From Octopus bimaculoides (lineage: Eukaryota): a stretch of 64,000 nucleotides of DNA. A program made the position numbers and the translations under genes. The notes under the pieces are model-generated. The model ran no database searches, was not told the DNA's origin, and saw nothing but the letters and a program-made list of their open reading frames with translations. Positions 28,492 to 40,129 of this stretch are shown piece by piece. How positions within the stretch are numbered: the first letter of the stretch is position 1; each line of letters begins with the position of its first letter. Where the stretch lies: the NCBI RefSeq assembly GCF_001194135.2, contig NC_068983.1, forward strand, positions 22,195,709-22,259,708. The letters run 5' to 3'.

Positions 28492-29233
28492 CGCACGCAC
28501 ACAAATGAAGGGCACTCGCGCGCACACACTCACAAAACAGAAAGATGAATACACACACACACACACTGCACTTGGCTTAGCACTTTGCCTGTCCTGCATA
28601 TCATATGTGACACCCAGGACATATTTATCTGACATTCTTGTACCAGATTAAATTGGGATTTCTGAAAGGAAAGCTTTATATTACCCAGAACGTGTGAAAC
28701 AAACTAAAAGTCTGAAAACAAGCGTGGAAGTTAAGGGCAAAACTTAAGGAAATGCTCTGGACAGGCAAAGGGTTAACAAATCGTGCTCTGTCTCCCTAGC
28801 ATGAAAAGTAAACTAATCATGAAATATCAGTTAAGTAGAAAAAAAGAAACTGCCATAGCCAATTTACATACATGCAAAAAAATATCTCCCTATTTTGTCA
28901 CTTAGGTTTCAAAAAGTCTGTAAAATAAAGCCATTTTCACACCACACAACTGCTCCCTGTCGTCTGACATGAAACTGTTCATATTTCACTATTTTAATCT
29001 TAGTTTCATGTTCAAAATAAACCAAAGCAACATTTACGCTGATCTCATGTATTTCTGAGTTCAAATAGCACACCAAAAAAAAAAGAAGAAAAGAAAAAGA
29101 AAAATCTTTAAAAAAAAAAGCCGCCAAATCGTGGAGCTACATTTTCTAACCATGCCTTTCACACACACACATACACACACGAAGAATGGTAACAGTGACT
29201 TCGAAGTTTCCGCCTGCTAGCTTTCATTGTTTC

Positions 29234-29266
<33 letters not shown>

Positions 29267-31934
29267 GACATAAAAACATTAATACAGTCATACATATCTT
29301 TCGACTTTTTCTATCCTAAAAGATTATTTAACTCAATATTTATATGTTGTAATTTATAGCTTCATCTACTTCGAGTTCTACACTTAAAAATGATTTCATA
29401 TACACATACAAAACAGAAAGAAATTTAAAATACTAGGTCAGCACCTTAAAGATATTGCATATAAGAAAACGTATCATTTCTGGAGCAACTTCTACAAAGA
29501 GGTTTGATCTGCTGGAAATAGCAGTAAAATTTCGTTAGCAATCACACCGTTTTTTTGTTTTTTTTTTAAGTAATGATACCTTGAATAATGTGATCTTCGA
29601 TACATTATGCATGCAGGATAAGGCGAGATATCCCAAATGGATGTTTTTGGTCATACGATCAATGCGCTGCAACCTTGCGGTACACTTTTATTCTTTTCAA
29701 AAATCGGCGGCACACCTGAACTAAAAATATAGCTAAAAGTATAGCGAAAAAAACTATATTCAGGTTACACTGCGGCACACCAGTATGTCACGGCATACCG
29801 AACTCTGTCATAGATCTATTTGTTCAGAGCTGAACTGACTGTTAAATAATAGCCTCGGAATTCCGGATTAAGTACCCCTGCCCCAAACATTTAAGAGGAT
29901 TGCCTGTCCACCAATATAAATTTTTTTTTTTTTTTTTTTTTTGTTTCTTAATGTGAGAAACGAACAAATGTGTAAAAGAACGCGTCCTCAAGATATACTT
30001 GTGTTGCATATAAAACCTGTATTACTGACAGTGTCTTCTGCTAGAATTACACCGGGCCGGGTCAAATGATATCCTATGTAAATTTGGTAGAAGGAAACTT
30101 CTGAAAGCACGTCGTATGTGTGTCTTTATTTACCTATTGTCCGCCGTCCGTTGCTTGACAACCGGTGTTGCTCTGTTTACGTTCACTAATGTAGAGGCTC
30201 GACAAAAAGAAAGCGATGGAATAAGTACTAGACTTTTAAAAAAATCTACGGGGATCGATTTTATCGACTCTTTAAAACCTCCAAAAAGGTGCCCTAGCAT
30301 GGCCAGTCCAATGACTGAAACTAAAAAAAAAAAAGAGTTAGTGTGTATGTATGTGTTTGTGCGCGCATTTTTCTGTTACTTTAAACTTTAATAAAAGTTA
30401 TGAGAAGCAGCAAACACTACCTTCTTTATAAAACACACAAGCACATATTTATGTATTTTGAAAGAATACAAACGAAATTGAGAAAATAACTGTTTTCATT
30501 TTGCTTACTACAGAGATTTACTTCTGTTTGTGATACATGTTTTTCTTGTCCGCCCCGCCGGCCCGACGCTTCTTTTCTTTCAAGTTCCATAAATACACAC
30601 ACACAGAGAAAGAATGAAGTTAATGGTTTATCGTACAAACATAAAACACAACAAAACAGATTAATGAACTTAAAATACGTTGAGAATGTTTCTTCTTAAT
30701 AGATTTACAACAGTGTTCTCTCCCTCTCTCCATAAGTTGATATTAAGTTTCGATTGAAGACAACTTAATTAGCGTTAAATTAAACATTCATTTTATAAGA
30801 GCTATCTAATTAGCTCTCTCCTACACACACACACACACACACATACATACATACACACTGTATGTATACACACACCACGTGTACATGCCTGAGAGGGAGA
30901 GAAGTTTCTGTTTACACATATTAACCACTTCCCTAATACTATTAACCGTGTGTGCGTGTGTATGTTAGTTTAACAGTCAAACGCTCGATCAATCTCCTAT
31001 CACAGTTCGCTATCTTAACTATATCGATAGCTAGGGAACATGAATGTGTCAAAATATATATATGGAAGAATTATACATCAATAATTCTATAATACCAGCC
31101 CGGTTCCCAACCAATCTACGTCTGGCCATTTTCTTGTCCTGACCATCGATCTGCTTAGTTAACCGCTATACACAGCAAGATTAAGCAACGTGCTATAAAG
31201 AAGACCCTTGATGTTAGTGAACGCATAAACGGTTTTTATTTGTTTGTTGGTTTGCATACTTCCCTCCCCCCTTTCTTTCTTTCTTTCTAACTTACATAAA
31301 ATACACATAACTTTTTCCAGAAGCCACGTGTTTCATTCGAATTATTTCTACCAGAAATATTAACAAAATAACAGTGTTTCCCACATAGACATTTAGGTTT
31401 ATCTATCACTCTTTGCAAGGAAGTTGTCCACCTAATGGTGACTGTCGCTCTAATTAGATGTTTAACGTTAGATTAAATGATTGTACACATCACTAATCAC
31501 ACGTGGTATATAATTATGGACCAGAATCTACTTCCAACTGGCAGACAAAGGAGATCAGGACGACTGACAAACTGTGGTCAGAAATTGAACCGTATTGATT
31601 TGGAACGTTACTTTTATTCCTGGCGGCTAACTGGACTGTCGAGAAATACAACGAAACATCAGTAGCAAAATTAACATACGGACGGAAAGTCCAATACTTT
31701 TATTATTAGGAACATGTCTTTCTTAAATATATAACGTGAATGAGGTATACTTAAATGACATTGAGGGGTAAATCTATATTGCTGACAACGGATTTCAGTT
31801 TGGAAACTCACAGCCAAGAATTAAACAAAATCTTGAGAATGGGGGAAATGGTAACATTCAATGCTTTAACCATCAAGAATCAATATACAACAAAAACATT
31901 TATCTATGTATACCTAAAATATGTTGTGTGTATG

Positions 31935-32320
31935 TGTAGGTGCAGTTGTGGCTGTATGGTAAGAAGATTACTTCTAAACCGCATGGTTTCAGGTTCAGTT
32001 CCACTGTGTGGTACATTGGGCAAGTGTCTCCTACTATAACCTAGGGCTGACTGGAGTTTTGTGAGTGAATTTGGTAGACGGAAACTGAAAAGAAACCTGT
32101 TGTGTGTTTGTGTTAATCACTCACCACCACCTGACAACCGGTATTGGTGTGTATATATCTCTGTAACTTAGCAGTTCAGTAAATAAAACCAATAGATTAA
32201 GTATCAGGCTTAAGAAAAAAAAAGTACTGGAGGTCAATTCATTTGTCTAAAAAAAATATTTGAAGGAGTTGCCCTAGCATGGCCACAGTATAATGCCTGA
32301 AACAAGTAAAAGGCAAAAGA
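31935..32320 (+). mobile_element. SINE family A; other plus copies or fragments at ~4120-4277, 21845-22010, 24195-24235, 30115-30345, 37060-37180, 39868-40205
   Basis: Match to the 42600 copy. Boundaries are approximate. Confidence 0.8.
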
Positions 32321-33041
32321 AAAGATATATATTTATTTCGTTTTGGTATTTGCTTTGCAAGATTCTTTGTGTGGGTTTGTGTGTTGAAGCATATTCTGTT
32401 ATATCTGAAGAGAGTAATTTTCTTTTTTGTGCCTTATAATTTAACACACTCACCGGTAAAATATCTCAATCTTTCTCACAGAACCCCTAGGAAACCAGGT
32501 TGAGAAATGCTGCTTCAGAGTGTGCTTTTTTTTTTCAGATATATGGATACATTGACAATACACATGCACACATGTATGTGTAGTATGGCCAAATAGTTAA
32601 TAAGCTAGCTCCCAACAAGTTCTAAGACTCAACTTTGTAATACAAGTTAGGTGTGTGCAGGATAGCTAAAATCTAAAACAGGTATACGTGGGTGTAGTAT
32701 CTGTACATAGCTGTAACACGTATATGTGCAGTTGCATTAAGAAATACACACATATATAGAGGTGACAATGTTTGTTATTCCAATCCTTATAGGAAAATTC
32801 ACATAACCATATTGAAAATTCTTCAGTTCTTTTCCCCTCATTCATTTGTTCACTCACATTCACTAACTCACATTATCATTTGTTGCAAGGGTTAAATGGT
32901 TTATCTTAATTAATTTATGTTATTATCCCAAACAATTAAACATTAAGAAAGCTAGTCACTGCCACAGCCAACAACTAAAGCAGACTTGTTTCCCAAATTA
33001 GCTTAACTTGACCCTGAAAATTAGGGACATAACTAAAAGTT

Positions 33042-33115
<74 letters not shown>

Positions 33116-34123
33116 CTCTCTCTCTCAATCTCTCTCTCGTGACAAATAAAAGCTGACAAAAGATCTTCTTAGGAGATTACATCTTGATCCTTTTTTCATT
33201 GATGGAATTCATGAATAAATTAAAATCCATTAGCAAGTGACGAGAAATTGTTTGTACATTATTAACTAATCGCTGAATGCAGAGTCACTACCAGTGTCAC
33301 TATATTAGTTATAGGGTTTTTTTTTAATTATTATTTTTCGCCTTTTTTTTTTTTTTTTTTAAACCATGAAATGGCTGTAGAGAACAGCTGAAGGGCAGCT
33401 TGGATGGCTGTTCAAATCTCACAGGAATTTTTGTCTTTGCATTTCTGTGATGCCGACAGCATAAGCACAAAAAATGTATTAAGGTGGTAACTGGTTCCAA
33501 GGCCAGCAGTTGTGCTCTGTTATCTATATTGTGTTGGTCCACCTCCTCAGGGTGAGACATTCAATGTTGTAAACAATACCAGTACTGTTGAACTAATGGC
33601 AGAGCTTTTAAGCTGTTACTTGGCTCACTGAAAATTTCCTATTTTTATTTTGTGTGCATGTAGAGAGAGAGAAGGGGAGTCGGGAATAATATATAAGATC
33701 AATATTGAACTGCTAAGATATACTTTTTTTTTTTCAAATTTATAAATTGCTTTTGCTTTAAGTTATTTTATATTTCTGCAAATTACCTAGGCCATGTGTT
33801 TTATGCTTTGTATATGTCTAGGTCTCTTGGCTGCTGAAGATGGGATAAAACAATTGCTGTGATGATGATGCCTATTGAGGCAGAAGCATGTATCCACAAC
33901 TGTCCTCTTGGCTCCAGGCAAGCCAGTTCTTTCCTTCATGAGATTGTCTCCCCTTCACATATAGAGCCAAGCATAATTGTCAGCTGCCTCTAGTGGACAT
34001 GGATTATTTAAATAAATCAAGAATTTGTTGTATGGTATTTCATATACCTGTATTTACCTATGTGGTTCATATACATGCCACCGGCTACTTAGTTATTTTT
34101 CTTAGCTTATTTTTTGTTTAAGA

Positions 34124-34178
<55 letters not shown>

Positions 34179-34905
34179 GCACAGCATCTGCATCTCCGAT
34201 AGTTAAAAGAAGTTCAGCCTGCAACCAAGGCTTCATCTTACTGTGTGATGTCGTGGGCAAGTGTCTCCTGCCTTGTGAGTGCAATCTGTTGGGCAGAAAT
34301 ACTGAAAGGTGTGTTTGTGTGTCAGCCCATATTCTAGGGTCACATCAAATAAAAGTGTTGTTTATGCTGTGCACTTTTACATGCAATACTTAGCAGCTTG
34401 ACAAATAGAGGTTAATAAAATAAGCACTTGACTAAAATAATTTACTGGGGTCAATGATGATCACATAAAAAATTTTTTTTTTTAAACCATAATCCTCTAG
34501 TATTAAAATCTTTAAGTTTGATCATTAAACAAGATTCAGTATGAATTAAATATGAAGAAGGAAAATGAAAGAAAACTAATAAAAAGCATTTCTGAAAACT
34601 GAAATTTTCATCACATCAACTTTTGTACTGGGTTTATTTTCTTCTTTACCATTTAACCACTAAGTAGCAAGCAACGAACAAATAAAATCAATAGTAAAAC
34701 AGGAAAAAAAAAAAAAAATTCAAAATAACTTCTTGTCTTTAAAATGGAAAGAATACAAGCATTTATACATACAGACAGCATACATACATGCAGATACACA
34801 CATTTCCACCACCACCACCATCACTTTTCTATAATAAAAGTTTATTTTTAGCATATGGTAAAGAATTTTGTTGTCTCTCATTCTCCTTCAAATTACAAGA
34901 TGATG

Positions 34906-34952
<47 letters not shown>

Positions 34953-35079
34953 GCTGGACTCTCGTGTCGGAGTGTTCAGCATTTGCTGAATAACCTTCAC
35001 AAATGTTTATAGTGATCAAATGACCTTGTTAGCTCACTCTCTTCATCAAATCAATGTTGAGCGAACAGATGCACTGACA

Positions 35080-35460
35080 GAGGCATAGTGGCTGAGTTCC
35101 TTCCAAGCGAGCCTCACAGAGGTGGGGTGAATGAGTTCCTTTCAAGCGTTGGACCTCATGGAGGCACAGTGGCTGAGCTCCTTTTGAGTGTAGGGCCTCA
35201 TGGAGGCAATGACCAAGACCTTTGGCATTATGTTGTGCTTGAGAAGACACATCAAGCCAAGCAAAATCGCAGTCATGGCAGATACCGGTGTCATGCCAGT
35301 GGCACATAAAAGCACCCATTACACTCTCAGAGTGGGTGGCATTAGGAAGGGCATCCAGCTGTAGCAAACCATGCCAAATCAGACTGGAGCTTGGTGTGCC
35401 AGCCCGGTCAAACCGTCCAACCCATGCCAGCATGGACAATGGAAGCTAAATGAAGATGAT
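35080..35460 (+). mobile_element. RTE 3' end including the last ORF codons, with an imperfect ~40-bp triplication
   Basis: Encodes DLWHYVVLEKTHQAK, followed by the family 3'UTR. Three related units (gagttcctt...cctca.gaggc) lie upstream. Confidence 0.7.
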
Positions 35461-35549
35461 TTGGTACCGTGATATATTGTTACACACACACACACACATC
35501 ATCATCATCACTGATGATACAACAATTCCCAAGCATGACTGACTGAGAC

Positions 35550-35721
35550 TAGGGAGCCATATTCACAACTGATAGAAGTCAAGAGGCTGAATTAGATGCT
35601 AAAATTGCAGGTGCTGGTACAGTAATGTACAATCTCCAGTGTTCAATCCTCAGGAGATGTTGGCAGAAAAACCAAACTCACTCTCTACAAATCAATATCC
35701 ATGCCGATCCTTACCTATTGC
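35550..35721 (+). pseudogene. RTE (Rex3/Expander-like) RT C-terminal fragment
   Basis: Reads (*)GAIFTTDRSQEAELDAKIAGAGTVMYNL, then a frameshift, then DVGRKTKLTLYKSISMPILTY. This resembles the RTE segment YLG...EIDRRIG...KTKL.LY...P.LTY. Confidence 0.65.
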
Positions 35722-36706
35722 CGTAAATATTGGGTTCAAATTTTGTTAGGATCAATTTTTTCCCTTTCATCTTTCAGATGTTGATAAAATAAAGGAGCAG
35801 TCAAGTACTGGGAGTGATCTAATTGATTATGCATCTCCAAATTAGCTTTGTGCCAATGTAAGAAATTATCATTATTAATTACTAATTAAGCAGTAGTAAT
35901 TATAAATAATTTGACTAAATAACTTTCAAAGTTTTGTTTTTCTATATTTTCAGTTCAAAACAAAAGGAGGTCAACTTTATCTTCCATCTTTCTGAATTTG
36001 TAGCTGATTAACACCAGGTTAACAGAGTAGGCTCATGATCAAAAAAGCCTTCCAACCATGACTGATTCATCTTTTATTCAGACAATATAGCCATGACCAT
36101 ACTATTCAATGTATCTCTTTTAAGATGCTTGAGTATTCCTTTGAAGATGTTTAACTTATTTCTAACATAAAAATTACCTTATAGAAGTCTCCTTTTCCTG
36201 CTGGAGTTCATTAAAAAAGCAGCACTCATGTAGCTCATTAATCAATTCTAGCTAGTTGTTAAGCAGTGGGGTGGGATAAGCAAACACACACACACGACAA
36301 GCTTCCACACAGTTTCCATCTACCAAGTTCACTCACACAGTATTGATCAACCTGGAGCTTTAATAAAAGGCATGTGCCTAACGTGCCAGACAATAGGACC
36401 AAGCCTGAAACTACACAGTCGCAAAGCAAGCTTCTTAACTACACAGCTAAGCCTGTATTTATAAGCCATGGATTTTTTTCATCTGTTTGTTTTTTTAAGT
36501 GTGCAAGTTTAAGTTGCCGACCATCTCAACCAATAAATATGAAAACTCAACCCCTCAACCAACTAGGGTAAAAAAAAACAAAAACAGAAAAACAAGGCCA
36601 TTCTAATGAACATAAGAGTTTCAGTGTTCTTCAAGGAAGGAAAGGCAAGGAACAAGACAATTTGCGATGTAAGAAATTAGAACATGAAAAAAAAAAAAAG
36701 ACTTAC

Positions 36707-36858
36707 TATTGATTACTATTGGAGTTTGTTTGAGCTGTCTGATTACCGGCCAGCATCTGTAATTGATGGTAAGGGTGGTATGGCGTTTTACGTAGGGCCT
36801 GGAGCAGGTTGGGTCGATAATCAGGATCAATGCACCAGAGAGAACCCTTGCCAATACT
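36707..36858 (-). CDS. FoxN2/3: Internal coding exon of forkhead box N2/3 (C-terminal wing of the forkhead domain), 152 nt, phase 0 to phase 2
   Basis: Translates to [50 protein letters not shown]. This is 25/29 identical to human FOXN3 [29 protein letters not shown] as recalled from memory. Acceptor is gtttctgttctctttccttttcag| and donor is |gtaagt (36706-36701). The ORF track lists only other frames here. Confidence 0.93.
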
Positions 36859-37176
36859 CTGAAAAGGAAAGAGAACAGAAACTATTTAATAACAGTAAAT
36901 CTGTAGTAATAATTGGTTAAGATATTTATCAAACAGCTGTTGTTGCTGTTGGTGGTGCTGCTGTTTATCTAAGGCCAGGATCAATGGGATTGGAACCATT
37001 ATCATCCCATGTTTCATGCAGTCTTGTATCAAAGGGTATATTATTCATTTTTAAAGGTATTTACATCCCTGTATCTTAGCAGTTTGGCAAAAGAGACCAA
37101 TAGAATAAGTATCATGCCTTAAAAAAAAATCCCTTAAGGCAGTGCCCCAGCATGGCCAGTCTAATGACTCAAACAA

Positions 37177-37226
<50 letters not shown>

Positions 37227-37228
37227 CA

Positions 37229-37502
37229 CAAATTAAATTTCAGAAAATGGAGAAGCAACATTAATATAATTTAGTAACTGGAAAAATTCAACATGTTCAC
37301 TTACAGCTGTTTCGATTTTGCCCAAAAGAATTAAATTCCAGCAATTAAAACATTTTATTGGGCAAAATCTCATCACAGGAGTAAAGAAGATATCATTAGG
37401 TTATTACATGTTATTCTTCCAAAGCATCTCAACAGACTCCCATGCTCACAGTTTATAAATTATATTAATGCCACTTCTCCATTTTCTGGATTTTTTAATT
37501 TG
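37229..37502 (-). mobile_element. Penelope-like/foldback remnant with ~45-bp terminal inverted repeats and a degenerate hammerhead (37297-37380)
   Basis: Inverted repeats at 37229-37273 and 37456-37502. Internally the minus strand reads GUGAUGA-GAUUUUGCCCAA...UUGGGCAAAAUC-GAAAC-AGCU-GUA, with C3 changed to G. Confidence 0.6.
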
Positions 37503-37640
37503 AACGTTTATAAAGCAAGATTTATATTTAAACTTATTATTTTAGAAATATTACTATTCACAACAAAATAATAGGTAACAAACCAGTAATTCATTGGATA
37601 TTTTCTATCCCTTAAGGTCGTTCATATATATATATATATA

Positions 37641-37785
37641 TAAAATTATAATACAGGGTATCTAAGAGATACTGCCACGCTGAAAAATAGCAGTCAAATC
37701 TTGACTCTAAACCACTTAGAGTCAAGATTTGACTGCTATTTTTCAGCATGGCGGTATCTCTTAGATACCCTGTATTATAATTTTA
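37641..37785. repeat. 145-bp near-perfect palindrome (70-bp arms, 5-nt loop)
   Basis: Arms differ at 2 positions, both explicable as CpG transitions. Centre at 37713. Confidence 0.9.
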
Positions 37786-38812
37786 AATAATTATTACCTT
37801 TNNNNNNNNNNATATAGCAGCATTTTATAATGGATTGGTGTTTATCAGATTAGCAAAAATGTAGAATCTCAGTAATTATCTGACCCATTAATGATAGGTT
37901 AGTCAACTCCCTGGAAACCAAATCTCAGTCAGTAAATAATGGGGTTCTCAAAATCAGAGACATGCATTTGAAGTTGGAATTCTTAAAAACAGCATGTTCT
38001 CTCATTAAACAAGATAGAAACAGAGAGAAGAGAAAGTTATGTCTGGCAGAAATGTCAAGTAAATGCTATATTGGATGAGGTCCTTTTGTTCTCAAAATGT
38101 GAAACAGGTGAGCTGACAGGGAGGACTTATACTTACTCAACAACAACAAAACCACAGTGGGTAACATTACACATTTTTCACCATTTATAAAACCAATGGA
38201 CGCTGAACATCATTGTCAAAAAATGTTTAATATAGAATATTATTCCATGTTCAACATGAAACTAAATAAATTATTCAACATTTTGCAAAAGAAAAAACAA
38301 ATTAATAATATAGATTTACAAAAGCAACAACAAAATATAAATGAATGAATAAAGTTAATCAAATATCCCTACAAGATTTTAGAAAAATTTAATAAATATT
38401 AAATTTCTGCATGGACTGCAATATAGGATCAAATGCTAGCATCACTGTCTTTGAACAGATAATATTACTTTGGTTATAAAATAAATATAAACTTCACATC
38501 TATTTCTTTTTCTTTTACCATATTATTATGACCTGTTATTTCACTATCTATCTCCCACACATACGCATGTTTAACTGCATATTCATATGCGCACAAACAC
38601 ACAGAGGAATTATGATTGATGCTAAAGTATAGCAGGAAATGTAATACATGAAAGAATTTGTTACAAAGGTAGCCTGCAATATTTCAAGTAACAGCTTGAA
38701 CAAAGTGGCAACATGCAATATCGCTCACAGTAGAGCAGTTAAGTGGAATTTGATAATACACACACAACAAGCTGATGAAACTGAATCAAACTTATTACAT
38801 TTTATTTATTTA

Positions 38813-38865
<53 letters not shown>

Positions 38866-39023
38866 ATAACGTCGACCACTAACGTGGACAATTAATGCGC
38901 TAGAAATAGATCACATCTTGTGTCTATTAAGACCTAAAAAGTTCTCAACATGAAATATAGCAGCATACCAAAAACGTGAGCGGGCAAGACATTTAAAATC
39001 ACCTAAAAAAAATCATTATTAAA

Positions 39024-39082
39024 CAGGAACCAGGTTTCGGATTTAACAAATTCTTACCATTTGTCTATTCCTCATCAGCCTG
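39024..39082 (-). ncRNA. Minimal type I hammerhead ribozyme motif with intact core
   Basis: Minus strand reads CAGG CUGAUGA GGA-AUAG-ACAAAU-GGUAAGA-AUUUGU-UAAA-UCC GAAA CCUGGU U CCUG. Stem I is CAGG/CCUG. Stem II is closed by G-C. Stem III is the near-palindrome ACCUGGU. The cleavage triplet is GUU. Confidence 0.72.
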
Positions 39083-39247
39083 ATTTGTAATGTAACAGCA
39101 ATTATCAGAATCGTATACATAGTTGCCCACCGCCATAGTGCGCGTGCATATGGTTCTGCTAATTACAGCTTAATGGTAAAATTCAAAAGTCTTCGTTTTG
39201 GCGCGCTAATTCCAGGAATATATCAGCAGAAAATATTTACTGCGTCG

Positions 39248-39281
<34 letters not shown>

Positions 39282-39951
39282 TATGAGTGGTAGTGGTGTC
39301 AATTAGACCCAGAGGTTTCAGGTCATGTGGAGTAAGTGCTACGGATAGACCATAGTTAAGCTCCAGATTCGGGAATTATGTGAATAAGAGGTCCACTATC
39401 GTTCCTCCAGTTCACTCTCTATTTCCTATCTTATCTAAATTAACTTTTGCCTAACCATCGACTCACACCGTCTCCGATCAAGGGAGATAATATCCTGGAA
39501 ACAGCTGCAAGACCTTCTCTCTTTTACTCTTTACTCTTTTACTTGTTTCAGTCATTTGACTGTGGCCATGCTGGAGCACAATAGTACTTTAAGGGACCCT
39601 GAAAAATTTTTTGCTTTAGACCTAGGTGTTGGTACGTATTGCAAGAAACAGCTAAGTTTCTCTCTGTAACATGTTACATAGTTCAACCTACACAAATTAA
39701 TGAAAACATTAATAAATAACATTCTATATAACTAGTTTCTAAACATTGAATGGCTACAGGAGCCCACCAGAATAAAATAGTAACCAAATATACCCCTGGT
39801 ATATAATTATGGTAATTCCTTGACTCAGAAATTCTACAACCAAAAAATTATTATTTACTATATAAATGTAGGTGTGACCCCATGGTTGCCAAGTTTGATT
39901 TCAACTAACATGATTTCAAGGTTCAGTACCACAGTGTGGTACCTTGGTTAA

Positions 39952-40129
39952 CCCCTTAGCATTCAGATTCCTCTGTCACACATAATGATTATTTATTCAG
40001 ATTGTTTTGAATTAATCATGCTTTATTTTGCAGCTTTGAGATTTTGATGAGAGAACTCAATTTTTAGTTTCAACATAAAACAGGTAGAATATTTTAGCCA
40101 TGTCTATGGTCAGTTTAAATGCTAAAAGG
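39952..40129 (-). mobile_element. TTAA MITE inserted in a SINE-A copy
   Basis: TTAA at 39948-39951 and 40130-40133. SINE-A sequence continues on both sides. Confidence 0.75.
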
